A stretch of DNA of 64,000 nt from Bacteroidia bacterium (GCA_020847635.1 JADLBQ010000026.1:3531-67530), one strand, 5' to 3'; shown: positions 48,256 to 57,777, counted from the first letter of the stretch. Program-made: numbers and translations. The notes: generated by a model not told the origin, from the letters alone.

Positions 48256-49005
48256 ATGAAAAAAATGTTCTCAATGCCATTACTCTTTGTACTGGCCTTA
48301 CTTGCAACGACAGCTGTTTTTGCACAGGATGGAGGAGCGAGTTTATTAAATGCTCAGGAAACAAACGAATCATTCCATCAGATTGTAAAGCAGAAATTTA
48401 TTGAAGGAGGCCCTTTATATATGACCCCCATTCTGCTTTGCATGATTTTGGGTCTGGCAATTATTATTGAAAGAATCATTTATCTGAACCTGAGTACAAC
48501 CAATACTAAAAAGCTATTAACTGAAATTGAATCAGCCCTTGCTTCAGGAGGAATTCAAAAAGCAAAAGAGATTTGCCGAAATACAAAAGGACCGGTTGCC
48601 AGCATTTTCTATCAGGGTCTTGACCGGGGAGATGAGGGAATTGAACTGGTTGAAAAATCAATTGTGTCGTATGGAGGAGTTCAGATGGCAAACCTTGAAC
48701 GGGGGCTGATCTGGATATCTCTTTTCATTGCATTGGCTCCGATGTTGGGTTTCTTTGGAACTGTTATCGGAATGGTAAATGCATTTGATGCCATTGAAGC
48801 TGCCGGTGATATTTCTCCCAGCCTGGTTGCCGGTGGTATTAAAATCGCATTGATTACAACTTTGGCCGGATTGTTAGTCGCTATGATTCTGCAAGTATTC
48901 TATAATTATCTGGTTTCAAAAATTGACAGCCTGGTTAATGATATGGAAGATTCCTCCATATCATTGATTGATATGCTTGTAAAGTACAAGTACAATAAGA
49001 AATAA
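48256..49005 (+). CDS. exbB: MotA/TolQ/ExbB proton-channel family protein
   Basis: The 249-aa ORF has a signal/TM N-terminus. The conserved C-terminal channel helices read APMLGFFGTVIGMVNAF and IALITTLAGLLVA. Confidence 0.85.
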   Translation: MKKMFSMPLLFVLALLATTAVFAQDGGASLLNAQETNESFHQIVKQKFIEGGPLYMTPILLCMILGLAIIIERIIYLNLSTTNTKKLLTEIESALASGGIQKAKEICRNTKGPVASIFYQGLDRGDEGIELVEKSIVSYGGVQMANLERGLIWISLFIALAPMLGFFGTVIGMVNAFDAIEAAGDISPSLVAGGIKIALITTLAGLLVAMILQVFYNYLVSKIDSLVNDMEDSSISLIDMLVKYKYNKK

Positions 49006-49039
49006 CCGTTCGTTTATTTATCCTTAAAACCTTATCAAC

Positions 49040-49351
49040 ATGATTAGTTTTGGACTTTGGATAACCTACCTGCTGCTTATTGTAGCGGTTGCAACCGTCA
49101 TTATTTTTCCTTTACGGAATCTCCTTAAAGACCCTAAAGCAGCTAAAGGAACGTTAATTGGTTTAGGTATTCTGGTGGGGCTGTTTTTGGTTAGTTTTTT
49201 GATTTCAGGTGGACAAGCCAATGAAAAATATCAAATCTCGGATGGTGAATCGAAAATGATCGGTGCCGGGCTGGTAATGTGCTATGTTCTGGGGATTGGT
49301 GCAATACTGGTTGGTATTTTTGTAGAAATAAAAAAGGCTCTCTCTAAATAA
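49040..49351 (+). CDS. Small three-TM membrane protein of unknown function
   Basis: This 103-aa hydrophobic ORF sits between exbB and exbD. I recall this position being occupied by a small membrane protein in other Bacteroidota. Confidence 0.5.
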   Translation: MISFGLWITYLLLIVAVATVIIFPLRNLLKDPKAAKGTLIGLGILVGLFLVSFLISGGQANEKYQISDGESKMIGAGLVMCYVLGIGAILVGIFVEIKKALSK

Positions 49352-49359
49352 GTATAGCT

Positions 49360-49908
49360 ATGCCTAAATCAAAAGTCAGAGATGTTCCTGAAATCAATGC
49401 CGGCTCAATGGCCGACATAGCATTTCTGTTGCTTATTTTCTTTATTGTTGCCACTACCATGGATGTGGACAGTGGAATTAGCACCAAACTCCCTCCAATG
49501 CCTGAGAATGAACAGGAGCCACCCCCTCCCTTAAAAGAAAGAAATGTCTTTCAGGTACTTGTTAATGCTAATAATCAGATTCTGGTTGAAGGTGAGTGGA
49601 GCGATATCAGCAAGCTAAAAGATGAAGCAAAGGAGTTCATCAACAATAACGGGAAAAAAGACAATCTTTCAGAAAATCCTGAAAAAGCTGTTATTTCGTT
49701 GCAGAATGACCGGGGCACCTCTTACGATATGTATATTCAGGTGCAAAATGAATTAAAGCGAGCTTATAACGAACTTCGAAATGAAGCTTCGCAAGATAAA
49801 TTCGGAAGAAAGTTTAATGATCTTCCGGCAGATCAGCAAAGGGAGATTCAGAAAATGTATCCAATGAAAATTTCAGAAGCCGAACCAAAAAATATAGGAG
49901 GTCTGTAA
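49360..49908 (+). CDS. exbD: ExbD/TolR family biopolymer transport protein
   Basis: The 182-aa ORF has the N-terminal motif INAGSMADIAFLLLIFFIV and a periplasmic domain. Confidence 0.8.
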   Translation: MPKSKVRDVPEINAGSMADIAFLLLIFFIVATTMDVDSGISTKLPPMPENEQEPPPPLKERNVFQVLVNANNQILVEGEWSDISKLKDEAKEFINNNGKKDNLSENPEKAVISLQNDRGTSYDMYIQVQNELKRAYNELRNEASQDKFGRKFNDLPADQQREIQKMYPMKISEAEPKNIGGL

Positions 49909-49911
49909 ACT

Positions 49912-50388
49912 ATGGCACGATTTAAAAAGAAACTCGGAAGCAGAAGCCCTAAAATCAGTACAGCATCCTTGCCTGACATTGTGTTCATGCTCCTGTTTTT
50001 CTTTATGGTAACAACTACCATCCGCGATGCAAGCTTAAAAGTTCAGGTAAAGCCACCTACTGCAACTGAAATTCAGAAACTGGAAAAGAAATCGCTCGTT
50101 AGTTATATTTATGTAGGACCCCCAACCCAGCAATACCAGGCAAAGTTTGGAACAGAACCTCGCATCCAACTGAATGATTCTTATGCTTCTTTAGGTGAGG
50201 TTGCCCAGTTTGTTGAAATGGAACGTAAACAACGGGATGAAAAAGTAGTTCCTCAAATGACCTTCTCGCTCAAAATTGATAAGGATGTCAAAATGGGAAT
50301 CGTGACTGATCTTAAACAGGAACTCCGGAAAGTAAATGCACTGAAAATTAATTACTCTACAAAAAAAGGCAGTCAAAAAACTGAATGA
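49912..50388 (+). CDS. exbD: ExbD/TolR family biopolymer transport protein (second copy)
   Basis: The 158-aa ORF has the motif ASLPDIVFMLLFFFMVTT. It starts 3 nt after the first exbD. Confidence 0.8.
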   Translation: MARFKKKLGSRSPKISTASLPDIVFMLLFFFMVTTTIRDASLKVQVKPPTATEIQKLEKKSLVSYIYVGPPTQQYQAKFGTEPRIQLNDSYASLGEVAQFVEMERKQRDEKVVPQMTFSLKIDKDVKMGIVTDLKQELRKVNALKINYSTKKGSQKTE

Positions 50389-50935
50389 GTCAATGTTTCA
50401 AGCCTGCAATTTATCCGTAAATCAATTATCCTAACAGCCAATTTCTTAAATGTACCTTACTGCTGATTAAATACCAATATTGAATTTCTACAGAATTAGC
50501 TTTTGCTTAAGTTCAATTCGTCACTGTTCGGTAGTTTCAACTCATCTACCTGAGTTATTTTAATCTGTAAACTCTCATAATCTCTTAAGTCAGGAACTCG
50601 CAGGTCCGCAAATAACTGCTGAATTCCAAAAGAAATTCATTGCTAGTCTTACTTCTTAATTCCAACAAGCTATGATTTCTGCTTAAATATCCATACCGGT
50701 CTCAACCAGGCAGGGTTCCAGAATTGTCAATAATACTGGACACTGAATGCGATTCATTAATGATTATGAGGATGTAATCCTTCCGGTAGTACAGGCTGAT
50801 GAGAAGATAGTCGATTTAAAATTTACACCTATTTATGAACTCTGAAGAACAAATGCGGTTCAGTTAACAGACAGACTAAATCATGCAGGCAGGAAATGCA
50901 TATTTTGTCAGCATCACCAAAATCAATTGTCTGGC

Positions 50936-50943
50936 TACATTTG
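50936..50943 (+). promoter_or_regulatory. -7 promoter box TACATTTG immediately upstream of glyQS
   Basis: The sequence matches TAnnTTTG exactly. Seven nt separate the box from the preferred ATG at 50951. Confidence 0.4.
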
Positions 50944-50950
50944 CAGCCCG

Positions 50951-52510
50951 ATGAGCAAAAACAAGAATTTATCAGCCGAAGAGAAATTCAAAGCTGTAAT
51001 CTCACATAGTAAAGAATACGGTTTCATTTTCCAGTCAAGTGAAATCTATGATGGCTTAAGTGCCGTTTATGATTATGGGCAGTGTGGCTCTCAGTTAAAA
51101 AATAACCTTCGTGAATACTGGTGGCGGTCAATGGTTCAGTTAAATGAAAACATTGTTGGTATTGATTCTGCTGTTTTTATGCATCCAACAACCTGGAAAG
51201 CATCCGGGCATATTGATGCATTTAATGATCCGCTGATTGACAACAAAGACAGTAAAAAAAGATACAGGGCTGACGTGCTTGTTGAAGAATATATTGGTAA
51301 AATTGAATCGAAGGCCGATAAAGAAGTTGAAAAGGCACGTAAACGGTTTGGTGACAGTTTTGATGAATACCTGTTCAGAAAAACCAATCCCAGAGTTGTT
51401 GAATCTGAAAGAAAAAAAGAGGAAATTAACTTACGGTTAAAAAATGCACTTGAACAAAACGATCTGGCAGCCCTTCGTCAGCTGATTCTTGACCTGGAAA
51501 TAGTCTGCCCGGTCAGCGGAACTCGGAATTGGACTGAGGTCAGGCAGTTTAACCTGATGTTTTCAACTCAGTTAGGCTCTTTGAGTGACGATGCACAGAC
51601 TATTTACCTGCGGCCTGAAACAGCCCAGGGGATTTTTGTAAACTTTTTGAATGTGTACAAAACCGGGAGAATGAAAATTCCCTTTGGAATCGCTCAAACC
51701 GGAAAGGCATTCCGCAATGAAATCGTAGCCCGCCAGTTTATTTTCCGAATGAGGGAATTTGAACAGATGGAAATGCAGTTTTTTATCAGGCCCGGAACTG
51801 AGATTCAGTGGTATAATTACTGGAAAGAAAAACGAATTCAATGGCACTATGCAATGGGATTCTCTAAAATTAAGTATCGGTTTCACGACCACATCAAACT
51901 GGCCCATTATGCCAATGTTGCCTGTGATATCGAATTTGAATTCCCTTTTGGTTTCAAAGAACTGGAAGGAATCCATTCACGTACCGACTTTGATCTGAAG
52001 AATCATGAAAATCAATCGGGTAAACGATTGCAGTACTTTGATCCCGACATGAACGAAAGTTACATTCCGTATGTGATCGAAACCTCTATCGGGCTGGACC
52101 GACTCTTTCTCGCTGTCATGTCTGAATCATATTGTGAAGAGCAGCTTGAAGACGGAAGCGAACGAACAGTATTAAGGATCCCACCTGCACTGGCTCCCGT
52201 TAAATGTGCTGTTCTTCCCCTTGTAAATAAGGATGCACTCCCCGAAAAATCCCGTGAAATTATGAAGAACATTAAGTTAGACTTTGACTGTATGTTTGAT
52301 GCCAAAGATTCAATCGGCAAACGTTACCGCAGACAGGACGCTATCGGGACTCCCTACTGCCTCACTATTGATCATCAGACTCTTGAGGATAATACATTGA
52401 CAATCCGCGAACGAGACAGTATGACCCAGGAGAGAATCGCATTGGAAGAGGTTAGCCGGATAATTGAGGACAGAGTAAGTCTGAAGAAACTATTGAAACT
52501 AATTATCTGA
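50951..52510 (+). CDS. glyQS: Glycine--tRNA ligase (dimeric class II form)
   Basis: I preferred the start MSKNKNLSAEEKFKAVISHSKEYGFIFQSSEIYDGL at 50951. Class II motifs are present (YLRPETAQGIFVNF, FRNEI, GLDRL). Confidence 0.9.
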   Translation: MSKNKNLSAEEKFKAVISHSKEYGFIFQSSEIYDGLSAVYDYGQCGSQLKNNLREYWWRSMVQLNENIVGIDSAVFMHPTTWKASGHIDAFNDPLIDNKDSKKRYRADVLVEEYIGKIESKADKEVEKARKRFGDSFDEYLFRKTNPRVVESERKKEEINLRLKNALEQNDLAALRQLILDLEIVCPVSGTRNWTEVRQFNLMFSTQLGSLSDDAQTIYLRPETAQGIFVNFLNVYKTGRMKIPFGIAQTGKAFRNEIVARQFIFRMREFEQMEMQFFIRPGTEIQWYNYWKEKRIQWHYAMGFSKIKYRFHDHIKLAHYANVACDIEFEFPFGFKELEGIHSRTDFDLKNHENQSGKRLQYFDPDMNESYIPYVIETSIGLDRLFLAVMSESYCEEQLEDGSERTVLRIPPALAPVKCAVLPLVNKDALPEKSREIMKNIKLDFDCMFDAKDSIGKRYRRQDAIGTPYCLTIDHQTLEDNTLTIRERDSMTQERIALEEVSRIIEDRVSLKKLLKLII

Positions 52511-52515
52511 CCGGT

Positions 52516-53157
52516 TTATTTTTTCTTCTTACCCCCAAGAAAATTTACCTTTGGTTCTTTTCCTCTTAGCAGCCTTTCTATATTTTTCTGATGTGTTGTC
52601 AGTACCAGAATTGAAATTGCCATACTGAATAAGTTGACAGTCGGCAGGGTTTCTTTATAAATTAACATAATAATAAAAGGGAATGCCAGAGCTGCAAGGA
52701 TTGAACCCAGTGACACAAAATGTGAAATAAACAGAACAACAACAAAAATACAAGCACACCATAATGCAGCCCAGGGCTGAACAGCAATCAATACCCCAAG
52801 TAAGGTTGCCACTCCTTTTCCACCTCTGAAGCCGGCAAAGACCGGAAACACATGGCCAGCCAGCGAACTGATGCCTAAGGCAAGTTCAAAATTAATCAGC
52901 TGCTGGGAATTAGGAAGATAAAGACCCGACAGCCAGGCAATTTTTACGGCTAACCAGCCTTTGGCCGTATCCATAAATAAGACCGGAGTACCTGCCTTCC
53001 AGCCCAATACCCTAAATGTGTTTGTTGCTCCTGCATTTCCGCTTCCATATTCTCTGACATCAATTCCGTAGAAAATTTTTCCGACCCAGACTGCCGATGG
53101 AATGGACCCCAGCAGGTATGCAACAATCAGAGCTAATGTATTGGCAGGTGTAATCAC
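52516..53157 (-). CDS. plsY: Glycerol-3-phosphate acyltransferase PlsY
   Basis: This 213-aa membrane protein carries the motifs GSGNAGATN and FRGGKGVAT. Confidence 0.9.
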   Translation of the reverse strand: MITPANTLALIVAYLLGSIPSAVWVGKIFYGIDVREYGSGNAGATNTFRVLGWKAGTPVLFMDTAKGWLAVKIAWLSGLYLPNSQQLINFELALGISSLAGHVFPVFAGFRGGKGVATLLGVLIAVQPWAALWCACIFVVVLFISHFVSLGSILAALAFPFIIMLIYKETLPTVNLFSMAISILVLTTHQKNIERLLRGKEPKVNFLGGKKKK

Positions 53158-53160
53158 TAA

Positions 53161-56100
53161 CTAATCTTCTTCAGCAAATCTTTTTAAAAATTCTGCTTTC
53201 TTTCTTTCAGTTGAAAGCATGTACTGATAAGGAGCCCGGTTATCCTTTTCTTTAGCTGCCCGCTTCTCTTCCTTTGTATTGGCAATAATATCATTAAACT
53301 TCATTTCAGATGAAATTGCCTGCATGACTCCCCGTGCATAATTAAAATAATACCAGGTGGAAGGGTTAGCTTCAAAATAGAAATTAAACACATCACCCGA
53401 TTTCCTTTTTTGAATTTCAAGATAGCCTTTTACTTTCCGTCCAACTGTTTGTTTATTCACAAATCCTATTCCAATAGCTCCTGTTGATCGGAATGCCTGA
53501 GTTAATTTATCCCAATACATTTTCACTTCCGGAAGGACCAGTGAATGCTGCAGTTCTTCCGGGATCTTCTTGGTTGCTCCGTAAAGTGTCATATCAGCAA
53601 TGAGTTTGTCACCTCTTTGTTTTCCTAAAATATTGAAAATTGCCCGATGATATTCCGGTCGGTTGTCGGTTGTTGCCTGAAGTGAGGGATTAAATAAAAC
53701 CTGATCTACCATTGTCTTCAAGGCTTCATCTGAAAAGAGAAAATCGAGATCTATGAATAGATCAAACCCGAGTGAGTCTTTATAATAGTCATGCTTCAAT
53801 GAACCAATAGCCTTCATTTTAAACTGTCCAAAGTCAGCTCCGAAACTAACTTCTCCCTCCCCTTTGATAAGGCAATTTTGGTCAGCAAGGGTAATACTGT
53901 TACCTGTAATTAGGCCGGTTTTCTCATCTGGCAGTGGAGCAATGGTATAGGTTTTCTGATCAGCGTTGAATTTCAGAAACCCTTCTGCTGCTATGATGTC
54001 CTTATCAGATGCTCTTCTTTTGGGAGACAGAAATGTACTGTACACATTTAGCGAATCTGTTGACATAGAAACTGAAACTGTTAATTTTTCCTTTGATTCG
54101 CTAATCGGATTAAGAACCGGAATATTTACACCGGACGGATCAATTTCTGATGCAAATGAAAACCAGTAATTATTAAACTCTTCACATTCATGATTCAGCC
54201 GTGCAAGCCCATTAAAATAAAGCATCTTTGAAGATGCATGTAATGTAATTTTACCTTTATACTGAATATTCGGACTTAAAGAAAAGTTAAGTGACTCGGC
54301 AATTTCGCCATTGGCAAAAGTCTGTCCGGAAGTATCAACACCAATTAACGGAAGGCGGATCAGATGTTTAACATTAGCCATATCCGTGTAGCTGTAATCG
54401 CCCGTTCCTGAATAGCTTTTTCTGCTTGTTACATTAACAACTGCATTCAGCATGGTATGAAACCTTGTAGTTGTGTTTGCAACCACAGTTGCATTTTTGA
54501 AAGTCTGCATGACAGCCTGCCTGGCTACAGTAACCTGTCCTTCGTCAGGAATAATTGAGGCATCAGCTACCAGCACTTCCTTTACATGCTTAGCTCTGAT
54601 GTGATAATCGGTCAGGCTATAATTTGCTTCAGGTGCAAAAAACCGGAGTGAATCCTGATCCGGATGAACAGAGACAAACTCAGCACCCTGTACAGTCTCG
54701 TTCCCTTTTTCACCCAGAGCAAGAAACTGAATATCCTTTCTGTCAAAGTACCATTTAAACTGCTCAATAAAACAGATATACTGGTTCATCGGGAAGTTGA
54801 CATACGATCCTGATCCATTCGATACAAATTCACCTTCCCGCTTATCAAGATCAATCTTTGTCTTCATATTTTTGGTTGACAGTGCAACCAGTTTATCCAA
54901 TTCCGAGTTCAGATTAAAGTCAGCTGTGTCAGCTCCAAACGTAGATTGTTTAAGATAAAAATGTGCCGACAGCAATTCGGCCTGGTCAAATAGAATCCGT
55001 CCACTGGCATCAACACCGGCTGTTGATAAAACCAGATTGCCATCTAAGGAAGCTTTCCGGTCATACAAGTCCATATTCTGTGTTTTCTTAAACACATACA
55101 TTTTATCCAGTTTGGGTCTCCAGTTAATATAAACATCTTTGGCTTTTACCTGCGGATAGGCTGTATTACCAACGGTTCGTTTCTGAATATCAAATTCTGT
55201 TGCATCGTAATTGGCCGAGTCGGGGAAAAACAGAATATCATTCGAAACTGAGACCGATGCCAGGTAGTTTACTTTACCAATGCCTCTCAATCCCCTATGG
55301 CTCAGATAAAGTTTCTCAAAAAAGGTACCTTTCCCCTTGTAGGCAAGTAATCCTTCAGCTGATGTTTTTAATGCAAAACCTAATGATAAATCAGGCTGAA
55401 CCTGTAGGATCTGGCGCATGGGCTCAAAGATGTCTGCTGAATTAAATATCCCGTTAAACGCAATGCCTTCTTTGCTGTAATCATCAAGGCTGTCAATACT
55501 AAACGGATCCAGTTTGAAATAGAAATTACTTTTTCGGTAAACAGAATCGAAAATGTGCTTGTATTCATAAAATACATAAGACTCCCCTTTGCTGTTAAAA
55601 ACCGGATACGAAGGATTTTGCCGATAACTGGACTTATTGTTTTCGTGATCAATTAATAACTCCCCGGTGAGGTTCTCAATTACACTCTGGAGCGGGATCT
55701 TCTGTCTTCTGCCATACGGGTCAGGCTGATCTCCGGGGATCATCAGCCGGAGTGAATCCACATTTTTCAGATTAAGCTTAAACTGATCATAAATAAATGA
55801 GAAATCATCTCCATAAAAATCAAGATGACCTGCATGAACTCTGCCCGCAAATCTAAAATCTCTGTTTTCCTTTAATACCAGTTCCTGCTCTGCAGGAACT
55901 ACAAATACCTGTTGTGAATCACTTAATACAACACTTGATACCCCACGCATGGTCATTTCAAAATTCAGCAGGTTTATAGTAGCATTCGGTTTTCCTGAGA
56001 TAAGCGAATTGAATGAAATGATATCATAATCTTCTTTACCAACATTTGCTTTCAGGTAGAAGTTGACTTTATCTTTTAATACTGCTTTTCCCTGTTCCGA

Positions 56101-57609
56101 GTCATAGGATAAGAATCCTTCCGCTGCCAGATCAATAAATAAATTGCGGATTTGAGTTTCACTTATTTTCCAAGCTGATGCCAGATCCCTTGCATACAGT
56201 GCCCGGGCACCTGTTGTTTCCGCATATTTTCTCAACAGATAAAGCGGATGTTCGCTGTTAAGCCCCTGAAGCTTGCGAAATTGCTGTTCACGAAAATAAT
56301 TAACCGATTCAAATATCATTTTGCTTTCACCTCCTCCCGAAATCATTTTAATATTGATCAGCGGATCACGTACCTTCCAGATTATTGCATCACAAAACAT
56401 GTCAACCTTATGAAATGAATTAAAGAACGGGCTATTACTATTGGTTTGAGTATTACGCAATAAGGTTACTTCTTCTTCTCTGGTCAGGTATTTAAATTCA
56501 ATATCACTATGATATATTGAATCCCTCCTGCCGTCATGTTCCCAGTAAATAACAACAGCAGCCTTGTCAGACATTACCCGTTCCGGCCTGACCACAAAAC
56601 TCTTTGCTGAAAGAATCATTAAAGGTTTATTCTGATATCGGAATATCAGCTGTGCATCGCCTTCAGAAGTTCCTGACCCGATCATTCTTGCACCATGCAA
56701 TGAGAATCCACCTCTGAAATCAGCATTCGGAATCAGGTCTTTTATCTGCTGATTGAGTGAATAAGACTGAAAGCGGGGATACGTTGCATTCTCAACAGTA
56801 GCATTAGCCAGCAGTTTATCTGAAAATTTCCCTTTCATTGGCTCAGGGAAAATCATCTTGTAGTAAAAAGTTACGCTGTCTGCCGAATATTCGGATGCAG
56901 CCATATTCAGGGTAAACCGCTGCAATGCCGCATTTACGTCAGCTGCAGGTAATCCAGCCCTTTCCCATGAGACAACTCCACCGTTTCCATAAAATAATTT
57001 CAGAGAAGGATAATACACCCCCTTTACTTTATTCAGCACAAGACTATCATTCTTGGCATTACAGATCAAGGTCGTTTCGCTGAATGTAATTTTGGGAAGA
57101 GAGTCAAATCCAAAATTATAGGACGAGTTCCTGCTTGACCATCTGACATTGGCTGACTGATATAAAATATTACCACTGAACAGATCGCTGCAAATTTCAA
57201 GGTAATCACTAAACCTGCGAACACTGCCTTTCATCATTCTGGCCATACTCTCATGCCACTGCTTAAAATTATCTGCTGACTGGTTGCTGTTGGCAAATCC
57301 AATTATTGCCTTCAGGTACAATGCAAAATCAGGAAATGCTTTGAGCCGTTTCTTCAGCATATCATTGGTGTTCCTGTAAACCAGTTCTTTTTGTGAAGCC
57401 AGCAGCAGTTCTGAATTCCATACAGGAAGGAATTCTTTTATTAAGGTTTCTGCTTCCTTTTTATTGGTAGCAGATAGAAATGCTTGCATATCTTTTACAA
57501 AGCCATCACTGGTTTCAGAAAAACTTTTAACAGGCTGGGCAAAGAGTAAACTCCCGGAAAAGACAAAAAAGAATACCAGCAGTAATTTGAACAGGTGAGA
57601 ATTTGTCAT
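53161..57609 (-). CDS. Very large secreted protein of unknown function
   Basis: The ORF is 1482 aa from the ATG at 57609; the ORF track starts it one codon earlier at a TTG. It has a cleavable signal peptide (LLVFFFVFSGSLLFAQP), a beta-rich body and a charged C-terminal tail. I recognise no family. Its stop codon lies 3 nt from the plsY start. Confidence 0.6.
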   Translation of the reverse strand: MTNSHLFKLLLVFFFVFSGSLLFAQPVKSFSETSDGFVKDMQAFLSATNKKEAETLIKEFLPVWNSELLLASQKELVYRNTNDMLKKRLKAFPDFALYLKAIIGFANSNQSADNFKQWHESMARMMKGSVRRFSDYLEICSDLFSGNILYQSANVRWSSRNSSYNFGFDSLPKITFSETTLICNAKNDSLVLNKVKGVYYPSLKLFYGNGGVVSWERAGLPAADVNAALQRFTLNMAASEYSADSVTFYYKMIFPEPMKGKFSDKLLANATVENATYPRFQSYSLNQQIKDLIPNADFRGGFSLHGARMIGSGTSEGDAQLIFRYQNKPLMILSAKSFVVRPERVMSDKAAVVIYWEHDGRRDSIYHSDIEFKYLTREEEVTLLRNTQTNSNSPFFNSFHKVDMFCDAIIWKVRDPLINIKMISGGGESKMIFESVNYFREQQFRKLQGLNSEHPLYLLRKYAETTGARALYARDLASAWKISETQIRNLFIDLAAEGFLSYDSEQGKAVLKDKVNFYLKANVGKEDYDIISFNSLISGKPNATINLLNFEMTMRGVSSVVLSDSQQVFVVPAEQELVLKENRDFRFAGRVHAGHLDFYGDDFSFIYDQFKLNLKNVDSLRLMIPGDQPDPYGRRQKIPLQSVIENLTGELLIDHENNKSSYRQNPSYPVFNSKGESYVFYEYKHIFDSVYRKSNFYFKLDPFSIDSLDDYSKEGIAFNGIFNSADIFEPMRQILQVQPDLSLGFALKTSAEGLLAYKGKGTFFEKLYLSHRGLRGIGKVNYLASVSVSNDILFFPDSANYDATEFDIQKRTVGNTAYPQVKAKDVYINWRPKLDKMYVFKKTQNMDLYDRKASLDGNLVLSTAGVDASGRILFDQAELLSAHFYLKQSTFGADTADFNLNSELDKLVALSTKNMKTKIDLDKREGEFVSNGSGSYVNFPMNQYICFIEQFKWYFDRKDIQFLALGEKGNETVQGAEFVSVHPDQDSLRFFAPEANYSLTDYHIRAKHVKEVLVADASIIPDEGQVTVARQAVMQTFKNATVVANTTTRFHTMLNAVVNVTSRKSYSGTGDYSYTDMANVKHLIRLPLIGVDTSGQTFANGEIAESLNFSLSPNIQYKGKITLHASSKMLYFNGLARLNHECEEFNNYWFSFASEIDPSGVNIPVLNPISESKEKLTVSVSMSTDSLNVYSTFLSPKRRASDKDIIAAEGFLKFNADQKTYTIAPLPDEKTGLITGNSITLADQNCLIKGEGEVSFGADFGQFKMKAIGSLKHDYYKDSLGFDLFIDLDFLFSDEALKTMVDQVLFNPSLQATTDNRPEYHRAIFNILGKQRGDKLIADMTLYGATKKIPEELQHSLVLPEVKMYWDKLTQAFRSTGAIGIGFVNKQTVGRKVKGYLEIQKRKSGDVFNFYFEANPSTWYYFNYARGVMQAISSEMKFNDIIANTKEEKRAAKEKDNRAPYQYMLSTERKKAEFLKRFAEED

Positions 57610-57629
57610 CAATTACAAAACGTGCAGGC

Positions 57630-57637
57630 CAAAAGTA
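57630..57637 (-). promoter_or_regulatory. -7 promoter box (TACTTTTG on the minus strand) upstream of the large secreted-protein gene
   Basis: The plus strand reads CAAAAGTA, which is TACTTTTG on the minus strand. It lies 20 nt upstream of the ATG at 57609. Confidence 0.35.
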
Positions 57638-57777
57638 AAATTTTAGCAGCTATTCAAAGAATCAAATTCAACTTCATTGTTTGTTTTAACAAACAGAGTT
57701 ATGAGAAATCAGAAGACTGCCTGATGACCAGAGTCGGTATACAAGCCAATTTTAAGAACTCAAAAGCCTGAAGCAAG

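Noticed and set aside
51572-51976. A 134-aa ORF antisense to glyQS. Similar embedded ORFs lie at 10251-10613, 20813-21139, 38358-38651 and 61689-61994.
   Set aside because: All are embedded in strongly supported conserved genes, either antisense or in an alternative frame. They have no recognisable motifs and are typical shadow ORFs.
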